The notes: generated by a model from the letters alone, not told the origin. Numbered from the stretch's first letter, positions 20,776-30,854 are shown. The stretch is DNA of 43,708 nucleotides from an uncultured Alphaproteobacteria bacterium (GCA_910585375.1 CAJUCZ010000009.1:22474-66181), one strand, 5' to 3'. A program made the numbers and translations.

Positions 20776-21477
20776 ATGAAATTGCTTTTAGTTGAAGATG
20801 ATGCCAAACTCGGCGCCGTTATTCAGAAACTTCTGAATATAGAGGGCTTTCAAACCGACTGGGCGCAAGACGGCAAAGAAGCCCTTGAATTTGTTCGGGA
20901 CAACCGTCTCAACGCTTATGACGTGATTATACTGGACTGGATGCTGCCCGAAATCAGCGGCATCGAAATCTGCAAAATCCTGCGCGATGATTCAAAATAC
21001 AATTATCAGGGCGGCATAATCTTCGTCACCGCCAAAGACAGTACGGAAGACTGTATAGCCGGCCTCAACGCAGGCGCCGATGATTATATTGTCAAACCTT
21101 TCCAGACCGGAGAACTGATAGCCCGTGTCAATGCCGTCAGCCGCCGCAAAACCAAACCTTTTATCGATGATGTTTATACCAAAGAGGCAGTCACGCTTGA
21201 CAATACCCAAAACAGTATATTCCATCAGGGAAAAAAGCTCAGCCTCAGCCGCAAGGAATTTGACCTTTTCCGCCTGCTCTTTATCAACCACGGACAAATT
21301 CTGCCGCGAGCCACGATATTTGACAAAGTCTGGCCCGACAAACTTGATACGGGACCTGCAAGTTTGGATTCGCATATCTACATGCTGCGCAAAAAACTCA
21401 AAAACTTTGTTCCGTTCATCAATATCAAATTAATCAAGAACATCGGCTATACCATGGAAATCGGCAACAATGATTGA
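20776..21477 (+). CDS. OmpR/PhoB-family response regulator
   Basis: Receiver domain (DD...D at VIILDWMLP, and K at VKPF), plus a winged-helix C-terminal domain. Confidence 0.75.
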   Translation: MKLLLVEDDAKLGAVIQKLLNIEGFQTDWAQDGKEALEFVRDNRLNAYDVIILDWMLPEISGIEICKILRDDSKYNYQGGIIFVTAKDSTEDCIAGLNAGADDYIVKPFQTGELIARVNAVSRRKTKPFIDDVYTKEAVTLDNTQNSIFHQGKKLSLSRKEFDLFRLLFINHGQILPRATIFDKVWPDKLDTGPASLDSHIYMLRKKLKNFVPFINIKLIKNIGYTMEIGNND

Positions 21478-22732
21478 AAATATAAAAAAGAAACTTGTCC
21501 ATAAATACACCGCCGTTATCACGGCAATGCTGCTGATAGTGTTCAGCGGCTGCTATTACATGTACCGTCAGATTATCACAAAATCAATCAATGACACCCT
21601 CAATGACTATCTGTTGGAAGAAGTCTGGGAAGCACAGGCTTCGCTCAAAATACATCAAAACGAGTTCCAGATACGCCAAAACGACGCAGACATCAATGCC
21701 ATGAATCACTTTACTTTTTGGTTTCTGGGAGACAAACTGATCTCATCGGAAGAATCCATAAACCAAGATCTTTCGCAAAAACTTCAGCAGCGCATGCTTT
21801 CAAAACACTATCAGGAAAATACCATATACTACGAAAACGTCAAATCCAATAAAGTCAAATGGTACTTTAAAATGATGATGAAAAACCTGTATAATACCGA
21901 TGGTCGAATTGTCGGAAAAGTTTTTGTTTTGGCCAACAACACGCCCATGAAACGCAGCTCTAAACAATATATCATATTCACCCTCATTATCATCTCTGCC
22001 CTGACCGGACTGGCCTGGCTTGTCGGCAGCTACCTTGCCGGCCGCGCCGTCAAGCAGATCAACATCATGTTTGACAAACAAAAACGTTTTGTATCCGATG
22101 CCTCACACGAACTGCGCACCCCTCTCAGCGTTCTGCTGGCATATGTTGAACTGCTGGAAAAACAAAAAACCGCACCCGATATCACAACGGAAATGAAAAA
22201 TGAAATTCTGGGCATGTCCAAACTCACGTCCAATCTTCTGGAGCTTGCCCGCTCTGATAACAACCGCCTGCACCCGGAATATCAGGAATTCAATTTAACG
22301 GCACAAACCCGCAAAATTATTGATAATTTCCAACCGGTGTTTGAACAAAAAAAATTATCGGTCACCCTTGATGCTCCCGATGAGTTGCCCATAAGTGCCG
22401 ACGGCAACCTAATCAAACAACTGCTCTATATCCTGATTGACAATGCCGTCAAATACACGCCGGAAAACAAAAAAATTCATATCGGTTTGCAACAGCAGAA
22501 AAATAAAAATATTATCTTAATCAGTGATGAAGGCATTGGAATTTCCGAAACCGATCAAAAACATATTTTTGAACGCTTCTACCGGGCAGAAAAATCCCGC
22601 AGCCGCAACGCCGGAGGTCTGGGACTTGGCCTCTCGCTGGCAGATATCATTGTCAAAGAACACAAAGGGCTGATAGAAGTCAAAAGCGCTCCGGAACAAG
22701 GCTCTTGTTTTATCGTCACTCTCCCGCGCTGA
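21470..22732 (+). CDS. Sensor histidine kinase (HisKA + HATPase_c), membrane-anchored
   Basis: H-box SHELRTPL, N-box (DN.VKY) and G-boxes (DEGIGI, GGLGLGLS). Two transmembrane segments. Overlaps the response-regulator gene by 8 nt. Confidence 0.75.
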   Translation: MIENIKKKLVHKYTAVITAMLLIVFSGCYYMYRQIITKSINDTLNDYLLEEVWEAQASLKIHQNEFQIRQNDADINAMNHFTFWFLGDKLISSEESINQDLSQKLQQRMLSKHYQENTIYYENVKSNKVKWYFKMMMKNLYNTDGRIVGKVFVLANNTPMKRSSKQYIIFTLIIISALTGLAWLVGSYLAGRAVKQINIMFDKQKRFVSDASHELRTPLSVLLAYVELLEKQKTAPDITTEMKNEILGMSKLTSNLLELARSDNNRLHPEYQEFNLTAQTRKIIDNFQPVFEQKKLSVTLDAPDELPISADGNLIKQLLYILIDNAVKYTPENKKIHIGLQQQKNKNIILISDEGIGISETDQKHIFERFYRAEKSRSRNAGGLGLGLSLADIIVKEHKGLIEVKSAPEQGSCFIVTLPR

Positions 22733-22822
22733 ACATAATTGATTTTTATCTCAGATAAAGCAGGAATCGGGGGAATGTATATTTTTTTGAAAAATTTTCG
22801 AAAATTTCAAAAAAAATATACA

Positions 22823-22851
22823 TTGACACAATATGTCATTTATGATACTAT
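22823..22851 (+). promoter_or_regulatory. Sigma70-like promoter with an upstream 24-bp near-palindrome
   Basis: TTGACA (22823-22828), a 17-nt spacer, then TACTAT preceded by TG, which is an extended -10. The near-palindrome ttgaaaaattttcgaaaatttcaa lies at 22787-22810. Confidence 0.4.
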
Positions 22852-22898
22852 TTTTCTTGTAATAAAATTATTTATTAACCTCAAAAAAAAATAAAAAT

Positions 22899-24041
22899 AT
22901 GGAAAATTATTTTGAAAGATTACATCAGCTATTGAACGAGAACGGTTACAAATGTAATGCAGACGGTCGAAAATTCATGTATGAAAACATGCCTGCCATA
23001 ACACCGCGCAACATCGGAAACGACTGGAAAAAAATATTGAAATACGCTGAAAAAGTCGGAGGCTTTAGCCACGGCGCCTATTTCAGCTATCGCAATGCTC
23101 AAAACGAAGTCGGCGCGGCAACGGCTCATAATTTGTACAATCTGCCCTCCGGCATGACAAACCCGATTCTGGTTTGCTTTGGCGGAATGATGACTGCACC
23201 GCTGTTTGCAATGGAAATATTACGTTTCTATGCCAAACAGCATAATCAGTTGTTACCATTTTTGGCAATTGGAAAAGAAGGCAACAAAGGTCTTTTTGAA
23301 AAAGTCTTTAACCGGAAAAACGGCATCATTATCCAAACAGAATATCAGGCCTACCTGAATATCATGGAAAAAATGGCACCGTCAGACTATGTCCGCACAA
23401 ATGAACAGGCTTTTCAAGATACCGATACCGCCGGTAATCTGATAGAATTATACAACTTTGCCAAAAATCAGGGCATGAAAGAAGTGACGTATATTCTTTG
23501 CACCGGAAATCCGTTCTATGACAAACGGCTGTTTGCCGAATGGCTGCTGATGCTGAAAGATAAGAAATTCAGCGAAGTCAAAATCAATTTGGTTATCGCT
23601 CACTGCCCACTCTTCTTAAACGCACATGTACCGGAAGGACACATATCCGAACTTCTGCTCGGTTATGCCGCAGCAAGTATCGGCCCGTTAATGAAAGATA
23701 CAATCTCCTTTGACGGTCAAACATCTTCTTCCAAACCGGAACGTTATCTGATGCCGGAAGTGCAAGAAACAGATTGGGAACAGTTCCGAGACCTGATTTG
23801 CCATTTTTCCAACATGGGATGGCCGAATTATCAGGAAATTCTGTACGGTATTGAGCACAAAGAAGCCGTGGCCAATATAATCATTTCTGATTTGCAGGCT
23901 CGCCAAAGCTTCACCGCTCAAGACTATGACAACGGAATTCTCGCTGACATTGCCGATTACCAAAAGGTTATCGGTAAATATGAAAACGGAGACTTCAAGG
24001 AATATCTTAAAAACACACCGGATACACCATACTTTAATTAA
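22899..24041 (+). CDS. Hypothetical protein (380 aa), no confident family
   Basis: Long ORF with strong promoter elements upstream and a terminator downstream. It has no signal peptide and no obvious catalytic motif. Confidence 0.4.
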   Translation: MENYFERLHQLLNENGYKCNADGRKFMYENMPAITPRNIGNDWKKILKYAEKVGGFSHGAYFSYRNAQNEVGAATAHNLYNLPSGMTNPILVCFGGMMTAPLFAMEILRFYAKQHNQLLPFLAIGKEGNKGLFEKVFNRKNGIIIQTEYQAYLNIMEKMAPSDYVRTNEQAFQDTDTAGNLIELYNFAKNQGMKEVTYILCTGNPFYDKRLFAEWLLMLKDKKFSEVKINLVIAHCPLFLNAHVPEGHISELLLGYAAASIGPLMKDTISFDGQTSSSKPERYLMPEVQETDWEQFRDLICHFSNMGWPNYQEILYGIEHKEAVANIIISDLQARQSFTAQDYDNGILADIADYQKVIGKYENGDFKEYLKNTPDTPYFN

Positions 24042-24061
24042 TAAAAAAATGTTGTATTCTT

Positions 24062-24091
24062 CCCCCCTCTTCATAGGGGGGTTTTTCTTTT
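24062..24091 (+). terminator. Intrinsic terminator
   Basis: cccccc-tcttcata-gggggg followed by TTTTT. Confidence 0.6.
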
Positions 24092-24161
24092 TTAAATACT
24101 ACCGCTCATCCGCCTTATACAAATTTTCGAAAAAAAACATCACATTTCCCCCAATATCAGC

Positions 24162-24190
24162 TTGACATGACAAAAATTTTGTACTATAAA
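24162..24190 (+). promoter_or_regulatory. Sigma70-like promoter for the flotillin-like gene
   Basis: TTGACA, a 17-nt spacer, then TATAAA. Confidence 0.45.
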
Positions 24191-24231
24191 TTTAGACGAT
24201 AAATTTATTATTAATTCAAATTTTTATTTTT

Positions 24232-25656
24232 ATGAACACATTATTAGGTATTTCCGAGACAAGTTTTTCAAGTCCTTTAATGATCGGTCTTGCAGTCATC
24301 ATCATTGTAGTTTTGGCGGTTTTCTTCTGGATAACCAGACTAAGACGCGTTGTTGCTCCCAATGAAGTGCACATCGTGCGTCGCGGCAGCAAAACCGAAG
24401 TTTATGGCAACGTTGATGAACAAGAAGCCTCAAACGGCAATGTTTACTACGAATTTCCTGCTACCATTCCGGTATTGGGTGTTGACGTATCTGTTTTGCC
24501 CTTGTCCGTTTTTGATGTCGATTTGAACAATTATGAGGCTTACGATGTTGACCGTCTGCCTTTTGTCGTTGATATCAAAGCGTTCTTCCGCATTGCTGAC
24601 TACAAAGTTGCTGCTTCCAGAATTCTGACTTTCGATGAACTTCAGGCGCAACTAACCAGCATTGTTCAGGGTGCAGTTCGTTCTATCTTGGCCAAAGAAG
24701 ATTTGGAATCAATCATGAGTGAACGCTCCAAATATGGCGAAGACTTCACCACGGAAGTCGGCGGACAGCTTAAACACTGGGGCGTTGAACCGGTCAAAAA
24801 TATTGAGTTGATGGACATCCGCGATGCCCGCGGCGAGGAAGTGATTGCCAACATCATGATGAAGAAAAAATCATTGATTGAAAAAGAATCCCGCACTACC
24901 GTCGCCCAAAACAATCAGGCAGCGCAGGAAGCGGAAATTCTGGCTCAACAGGAAGTCGACTTAAAACAGCAGGATGCCGAAAAAGCAGTCGGTCTGCGCA
25001 AAGCCGACGTTGCCAAAGAAGTCGGCATTGCACAGGAAGAATCAGCTCAGGCTGTTCAGGAAAAAGCCAAGGTCACTGCAGAAAAAGAAATGGAAGTAAA
25101 ACGCGTTAAAGAAACGCAGGAAGCGGAAATTAAAAAATCTGTTGCAACCACCAACGCCGAAGCGGAAAAACAGGTAACCATTACCAAAGCCGAAGCCGCG
25201 AAACAGGCAAAAGACCTGAACTCACAGGCTGACTTGATTGTAATGCAGAATGAAGCCGAAGGACAATTGGTTAAAGCCCAAAAATCCGCCGAAGGTATTC
25301 AGGCTGAAGGTGAAGCTAAAGCTCTGGTAGAAACCAAAATGCAGATGGCTCCGGTTGACGCACAGTTAAAACTGGCTTCTGAAATCGGCAGTAACAAAGA
25401 ATATCAGGCTTACCTGATCAGCATCCGCCAGATTGAAGCCATCCAGATTATCGGTATCGAACAGGCCAAGAACCTTGGACACGCCGATATCAAGGTTATC
25501 GCAGGCGCAGGTTCCGTCAGCGATGGCGCTAACAAAGCTGCGGGAATATTCTCGCCCAACAGCGGTTTTAACCTTGCCGGTATGCTGGAAACTTTCGGCT
25601 CAACTGAAGTTGGTCAACAAATCTTAGATAAACTGGGAGCCAAAACAGTTGATTAA
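24232..25656 (+). CDS. Flotillin-like SPFH/band-7 domain protein (YqiK-like)
   Basis: N-terminal transmembrane anchor, an SPFH domain, then a long coiled-coil region rich in Ala, Glu and Gln (EAEILAQQEVDLKQQDAEKA...). Confidence 0.6.
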   Translation: MNTLLGISETSFSSPLMIGLAVIIIVVLAVFFWITRLRRVVAPNEVHIVRRGSKTEVYGNVDEQEASNGNVYYEFPATIPVLGVDVSVLPLSVFDVDLNNYEAYDVDRLPFVVDIKAFFRIADYKVAASRILTFDELQAQLTSIVQGAVRSILAKEDLESIMSERSKYGEDFTTEVGGQLKHWGVEPVKNIELMDIRDARGEEVIANIMMKKKSLIEKESRTTVAQNNQAAQEAEILAQQEVDLKQQDAEKAVGLRKADVAKEVGIAQEESAQAVQEKAKVTAEKEMEVKRVKETQEAEIKKSVATTNAEAEKQVTITKAEAAKQAKDLNSQADLIVMQNEAEGQLVKAQKSAEGIQAEGEAKALVETKMQMAPVDAQLKLASEIGSNKEYQAYLISIRQIEAIQIIGIEQAKNLGHADIKVIAGAGSVSDGANKAAGIFSPNSGFNLAGMLETFGSTEVGQQILDKLGAKTVD

Positions 25657-25750
25657 CAAGTCTTGGAAAAAGCAGGCATCAAACCCGAAGATGCCCCCAA
25701 GGATAAGACCGGATTTGATAAAATCTGATAACGTCTTATCCTGACAAAAA

Positions 25751-25780
25751 GGCAATTCCCTTCAGGGAATTGCCTTTTCT
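25751..25780 (+). terminator. Intrinsic terminator
   Basis: ggcaattccc-ttca-gggaattgcc followed by a T-run. Confidence 0.6.
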
Positions 25781-25932
25781 TTGTTTACCTTATCAGCAAA
25801 TACCTCCATATAAAATAATCACTTGAACAAATCAGCAAAAGTGTTAAAATGCTTATCTAAAATAAATTTTATGGAATTATTATTACTAAACTTTCATAAG
25901 AATTCGGTTATTAACTTATATAAAAAATTCAT

Positions 25933-26475
25933 ATGAAAACAATTATTAAAAAAATTAACAGTCTTAGCAAAAAAATTTTATTGCTGACTGCTTGCGGAAT
26001 GCTCAGTTGCTGCGGCACTCACAAAAACCTCAACACCGGAGCTGCTTTAATCGGTATGGACAATCCCTGGATTGATTGTGGAACAGACTTAAATTTGGCA
26101 GCTCAAAAAGCTGGTTTTACGTTTCCTCTTTCGCTGTCAAATTACACCGTCAGAGCAATGAATGACATGATTGAAGTCACCTACCCGCTCGACAAGCACA
26201 GAAAGGTATCTGTCAGAAAAAGCGAAACAGAAAGCAATGGCGGCAACATTAGCGGAGATTATACCAATTATCCGATTACAGATGAAGTCTTAATCAAAAG
26301 CTGCGTGCCAATTAAGCTCAAACGCGACCAAGACAAAATTTATATCATGTATTTTGGCGCAGAGTCCGGATATTTTTCAGCCCGCTGTCCCCAAGGGATA
26401 AACCTGCAGGAAGTGGAAAAAATATACGAAACCATCGCTGCAGCAGAAACATCAAGCTTATGGCAAGAAAACTAA
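25933..26475 (+). CDS. Putative lipoprotein, hypothetical
   Basis: Signal peptide with a lipobox-like LLTAC|G. Confidence 0.4.
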   Translation: MKTIIKKINSLSKKILLLTACGMLSCCGTHKNLNTGAALIGMDNPWIDCGTDLNLAAQKAGFTFPLSLSNYTVRAMNDMIEVTYPLDKHRKVSVRKSETESNGGNISGDYTNYPITDEVLIKSCVPIKLKRDQDKIYIMYFGAESGYFSARCPQGINLQEVEKIYETIAAAETSSLWQEN

Positions 26476-26556
26476 ACACCTTAAAAAATGCCCTTCAGGG
26501 CATTTTTTTTCAAAAAGTTCAATACGTTTCACCATTTATCAAGAACATTTTTATAA

Positions 26557-27228
26557 TCATTTTTTAGCCAGTTCATAGCTTTCATCAACACGGCGGCAGA
26601 GTTCTTCAACAGGCACAAAACCGTCAAAGACAATGGTCAGCCAGTGCTTCTTGTTCATATGATATCCGCGAAAAAAATGCTCGCCGTCCGCCAGTCTTTC
26701 TATTTCGCCGCTTTCTGCGCGCAAGTCCAATATTTCAACCTCATCATCTCCCGATAAACCGAGTTTGTTTTTCCGAACCTGCAAAAAAGCCGCATACCAT
26801 TTGCTATTATCCTGCCGGCGCACGATAGCGTTTCCTGAAAATTTCTGCCATAAAAATTCCGGCTCATCATCATATTTTTGCTTGATATATGCAATAACTT
26901 CCTTCGCTTGCAACGACTTAAAAATCTCAAACCGGCAACATTCCCGCGCAATCTTTTCCAAAACCTCCGCCCAAGCCGTCCTGACTTTGCCTACAAAAGC
27001 CCCTTCTGCCTGCGGAACTTTAACCAACACATAGGGTTCGCCGGTTTCACAATCAAAAACATCGGCAGACAACTTTCCGTCTTTTGTCACAACAACCCAA
27101 ACCTCAAATCCGGTATTGCCCAAAACAGAAACATAACGATATCCGGTCTCGTCTTTAACAAAACCAAAAGCTTCAAGCTTGGAAAAATCAAAAGACCGGT
27201 TTTTAAAAAAAGTCTCAATCTCCGGCAT
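26557..27228 (-). CDS. MmcQ/YjbR-family protein with an N-terminal extension
   Basis: The C-terminal segment ...GYHMNKKHWLTIVFDGFVPVEELCRRVDESYELAKK matches the YjbR/MmcQ C-terminal signature. The start was trimmed to MPEIETFF to limit overlap with ogt. The longest ORF extends to 27276. Confidence 0.4.
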   Translation of the reverse strand: MPEIETFFKNRSFDFSKLEAFGFVKDETGYRYVSVLGNTGFEVWVVVTKDGKLSADVFDCETGEPYVLVKVPQAEGAFVGKVRTAWAEVLEKIARECCRFEIFKSLQAKEVIAYIKQKYDDEPEFLWQKFSGNAIVRRQDNSKWYAAFLQVRKNKLGLSGDDEVEILDLRAESGEIERLADGEHFFRGYHMNKKHWLTIVFDGFVPVEELCRRVDESYELAKK

Positions 27229-27769
27229 GCACCCCCCGCCCGGTTTTGGTAGACTTTCGCAAACCTGCCGTTTCAACAGATTCCAGTTTCAACAACTTGT
27301 TTTTAACATCCAGACCGCCGGCATATCCGGTCAGACTGCCGTTGCTCCCGACCACACGGTGACAGGGAATAATAATGGAAATCGGATTATGCCCCACCGC
27401 ACCGCCCACAGCCTGAGCCGACATCGTTTTTCTCCCGCTCTGCGCCGCAATTTTCCGTGCAATCTCCCCATAAGTCATTGTTTTCCCATACGGAATGTCA
27501 CATAAAATCTTCCAAACCGCCTGCCGGAATTCTCCACCTTGCGGTGCCAGCGGCAAATCCGAGATTGCTGGCTCTTCTTTCCGAAAATACTTATCCAACC
27601 ACTTTCTGGTTTTTACAAAGACCGGCAGATTTGCATTTTCTTCACCCTCTTCCGACAACGTTGCTGCATAATATTTTTGCTTTTCAAGCCACAAACCGGT
27701 CAGGCTTTCCCCATCGCTGGCCATCAGCAGCCGCCCAACCGGAGAATTATAATAACATAAATAAACCAT
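27215..27769 (-). CDS. ogt: Methylated-DNA--protein-cysteine methyltransferase (O6-alkylguanine-DNA alkyltransferase)
   Basis: Active-site motif PCHRVV, and a helix-turn-helix region upstream of it. Confidence 0.75.
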   Translation of the reverse strand: MVYLCYYNSPVGRLLMASDGESLTGLWLEKQKYYAATLSEEGEENANLPVFVKTRKWLDKYFRKEEPAISDLPLAPQGGEFRQAVWKILCDIPYGKTMTYGEIARKIAAQSGRKTMSAQAVGGAVGHNPISIIIPCHRVVGSNGSLTGYAGGLDVKNKLLKLESVETAGLRKSTKTGRGVHAGD

Positions 27770-28182
27770 CCCTTTTCCTCTGCTGTCCTGTTTTATGATG
27801 TCAACAAACTGATAACCGGCATTTTAACAAATCAGGAAAAAATTTCAACCTCTCTTCACCATATCCCTGACAAACCGTACGAGACAAACTTTATATGGAT
27901 TGATAAAAAACTATCTTTCAAACCTGCATCTTTTCCTCTGCCTCACGGGCAGCAGAATTATCTATTTCTAAAGTAATATATCGGGGCGGAACATACCCGT
28001 CTTTCAAAACCAGCATATAATGTTTGATTGTCGCCCACGGCGAATATTTCTGATATTCCTTTTCCCCGCATATTCCCCGAGTAAACGGGGATTTTTCTGT
28101 AAGGGACGTAATAAAACAAAACAGCGCCCTGAAAAGGGCGCATGACAATAGAGTACAAATGCCGGTACAATTCCTGAACCGA

Positions 28183-28698
28183 TTACTGTTTACATTTTAC
28201 AAATCTGGATATAATTTCAAGACAGCAACACCACAAAAAAGCAACAACAAAAGCTATACCCACCCCTTGTCGCAGCTGCCGGATATTAACAGAACCGCTC
28301 TCAAGATACGACCCGTAAAAATATGCCAATATACAGCCCAGCGTCAAACCAGCTAATACTCCGGCTATCATTTCATGCTCGGTATCCGAAGAAGCTCCTG
28401 TTTCTCCAGTTTTCCGCAATAATGTGTCAACAAACATTGTCCCGCTATGAAAAACAAGCCTAATGAATACAAAAGATAAAATAATTGCAGGTATCATATA
28501 GAGATTTTCTATATGGCGCTCAATATTATTTAAAAATTCTCCAATATCCAGTACAGCTATAACAACAAACAAAATAAATGCCAAGGCAAATATCAGCCTC
28601 AAAATCTCTAAAGCACCAGTTTTGTGAACGGTCAAACATATTCCTGAATAAATAACCAGACCTATGCACATAAAAACAAAGCAAACATAAATTCCCAT
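28183..28698 (-). CDS. Hypothetical integral membrane protein
   Basis: 171 aa with about five hydrophobic segments. A terminator hairpin (cagcgccctgaaaagggcgctg, about 28119-28141) lies downstream. Confidence 0.4.
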   Translation of the reverse strand: MGIYVCFVFMCIGLVIYSGICLTVHKTGALEILRLIFALAFILFVVIAVLDIGEFLNNIERHIENLYMIPAIILSFVFIRLVFHSGTMFVDTLLRKTGETGASSDTEHEMIAGVLAGLTLGCILAYFYGSYLESGSVNIRQLRQGVGIAFVVAFLWCCCLEIISRFVKCKQ

Positions 28699-28923
28699 AA
28701 TTATAATATTTATAAGTTAATAATAAAATCAGTTAATAAAACATATTATAATACAAATTCAAAAGCAAGAAAAAAACACCTGAATTTGCTAAACGCCTAA
28801 GATATTTCTGAGTTATTCATAAAACCTTGGAACCCATTGTTAATAATTAAACCTATGCGATTGCAATTTTAATTATAAAAACTAAACTAACTGTAAAATA
28901 CAATTATTAATAAGGAAGATCAA

Positions 28924-30825
28924 ATGGCAAAAAAATATTCGAATGGTAAATTAAACAAAGAAGTATATTATATGACATTATCCGATATTTTTAACAAATT
29001 TACCCCATTGGTCATTCCTGCGTATCAGAGAAGTTACTCTTGGGAAGATAAGCATATAAAAGATTTAAAACAGGATATAGAAGACATAAAGGAGTTTTCC
29101 AAAAAAGAACATTTTACAGGAACAATAGTTTTATCAGAAGACAAACATAAGTATTTAATTGTTGATGGACAACAAAGATTGACAAGTTTGTTTATCTTGC
29201 TGAAATCTATATATGATAGGACTAATGATCAAAATTTATTTGAGAACTATATCATTCAAAAAACAAATAATGATTCCCAAAGCAGACTGTCTACACAAAA
29301 TGATACAAATAATTTTTTTGAAGAATTTATCGTGGAGAACAATGTCAATATAGATGTCGAAATATATTCGCACAAAAGAATAAAAGCAGCAAAAATACAA
29401 TTCGACGAATGGATAAATAATAAACAATTACAAGAAATAAATGATATATTAGACATTATAACCAAGAGGCTAAAGTTTATTGTTTACAAACCCAATAATT
29501 ATTTAAACGCCCCGGCAATGTTCGAAATAATAAATAACAGAGGAAAAGATTTAAGCGAAATAGAAAAAATAAAAAATTATTTTGTATATATAGCAACTTC
29601 ACTGGGCGAAAATCATTCTTTGCACAAAAAAATAGCCGAATCTTGGGAAGGAATGCTTAAAAACTTAAACAGGGCAGATATTCATACTATTGAAGAGGAA
29701 AATAGCTTTTTGCGTGTTTGTTTTATCACTTTTTTCAGTTCAACTAAATTAAAATACCAGAACATATACAAAACATTAAAAGAGGAAATTTTCCCAATTA
29801 AAGCCTTTAGTCAAGAAAACACCAATACAAGCGATAAATTAATGAAGTTTCTTCGCTTTATACAAACGGCATCGAAATATTACTCATGTATCGTTAGATC
29901 AAGTAACTGTAACCCTATAATAAATCAACTTCCCAACACGACTAATTTACAGATTAAATATTTAGCTTGTCAAAAAAATACATCATCAATTACCCCTTTA
30001 TTTTTAGCCATAATGGCCAGAGATGATTTAACACAAATTGAACAAGATGAATTACTCAAATATTTGGAAATTTTAAATTTCAGAATGTATGTTTTACCAA
30101 GAGTATTAACTAGATCAGATAATGGCCAATCTGAGTTGTATACCATAGCTAATCAATTTTATGAAAAACTACTTTCAGTTGAAGAATTGAAAAATAAAAT
30201 GGTAAATATATCTCTTTCTTGGGTACCTATAACAAAATTTGTGGAAGCTATGAGTCTATCAGATGACGACACATATGATTTTGCAAGTTGGAGTGGATTG
30301 AAATATTTTTTTGCCAAATACGAAGAATACCTTGAAGATAACATAAATAAAACATTTGATGTCGCCTCAATTGAAAAAACAAGAAAAGACTGCAAAAGTG
30401 GAGATTATTTGTCTATTGAACATATATGGGCCCGAAAAAATAGATTACAATACGCTGCAGAAAATTATATCGCCAAAAGAAGACTTGGAAATTTAGTTCT
30501 TTTAGAATTAACCCCTAATATTTCTGCGGGAAATGAAGATATAGAAAAGAAATTAAACGAAGATAATGATATTGAAAGCCGAATTAGTATCATTGATAAA
30601 ACAAACTTACTTCAAGGAAAAGAACTAAAAAAAATTTTTTGTTCAGTATCTCAAAGACTAAAAAAGCTCCAAAGAAAAGGAAAATGGTATTATTGCAGCC
30701 AAGGTGAATACCTGGATGATGAACGTGAAAAAAAATTAATCAAGTTCGCAATTGACACATGGCATTTTCCCAATGAAAATACCAAAAAAGCAGAGAAATT
30801 ATTAGATGACAAGTTTAATAATTAA
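28924..30825 (+). CDS. GmrSD-like type IV restriction endonuclease (N-terminal DUF262 / C-terminal DUF1524)
   Basis: N-terminal DUF262 signatures (IPAYQRSYSWE, then LIVDGQQRLTSL). C-terminal DUF1524-like His-Me finger region (LSIEHIWARKN ... LGNLVLLE...N...GNE). The gene is much lower in GC than its flanks. Confidence 0.6.
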   Translation: MAKKYSNGKLNKEVYYMTLSDIFNKFTPLVIPAYQRSYSWEDKHIKDLKQDIEDIKEFSKKEHFTGTIVLSEDKHKYLIVDGQQRLTSLFILLKSIYDRTNDQNLFENYIIQKTNNDSQSRLSTQNDTNNFFEEFIVENNVNIDVEIYSHKRIKAAKIQFDEWINNKQLQEINDILDIITKRLKFIVYKPNNYLNAPAMFEIINNRGKDLSEIEKIKNYFVYIATSLGENHSLHKKIAESWEGMLKNLNRADIHTIEEENSFLRVCFITFFSSTKLKYQNIYKTLKEEIFPIKAFSQENTNTSDKLMKFLRFIQTASKYYSCIVRSSNCNPIINQLPNTTNLQIKYLACQKNTSSITPLFLAIMARDDLTQIEQDELLKYLEILNFRMYVLPRVLTRSDNGQSELYTIANQFYEKLLSVEELKNKMVNISLSWVPITKFVEAMSLSDDDTYDFASWSGLKYFFAKYEEYLEDNINKTFDVASIEKTRKDCKSGDYLSIEHIWARKNRLQYAAENYIAKRRLGNLVLLELTPNISAGNEDIEKKLNEDNDIESRISIIDKTNLLQGKELKKIFCSVSQRLKKLQRKGKWYYCSQGEYLDDEREKKLIKFAIDTWHFPNENTKKAEKLLDDKFNN

Positions 30826-30830
30826 TATAC

Positions 30831-30851
30831 CTTCAAAAACTGAAGGTATCG
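30831..30851 (+). terminator. Intrinsic terminator after the GmrSD-like gene
   Basis: taccttc-aaaaact-gaaggta. Confidence 0.4.
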
Positions 30852-30854
30852 CAA

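Noticed and set aside
25657-25728. In-frame 23-codon extension after the flotillin TAA stop (QVLEKAGIKPEDAPKDKTGFDKI), a possible read-through
   Set aside because: An open run of 23 codons after a stop has about a one-in-three chance of occurring by accident. There is no supporting recoding signal.
27918-28170. Two overlapping minus-strand ORFs of 70 and 76 aa
   Set aside because: They overlap a terminator hairpin of the upstream membrane-protein gene. They have no RBS and lie in hairpin-rich intergenic DNA.
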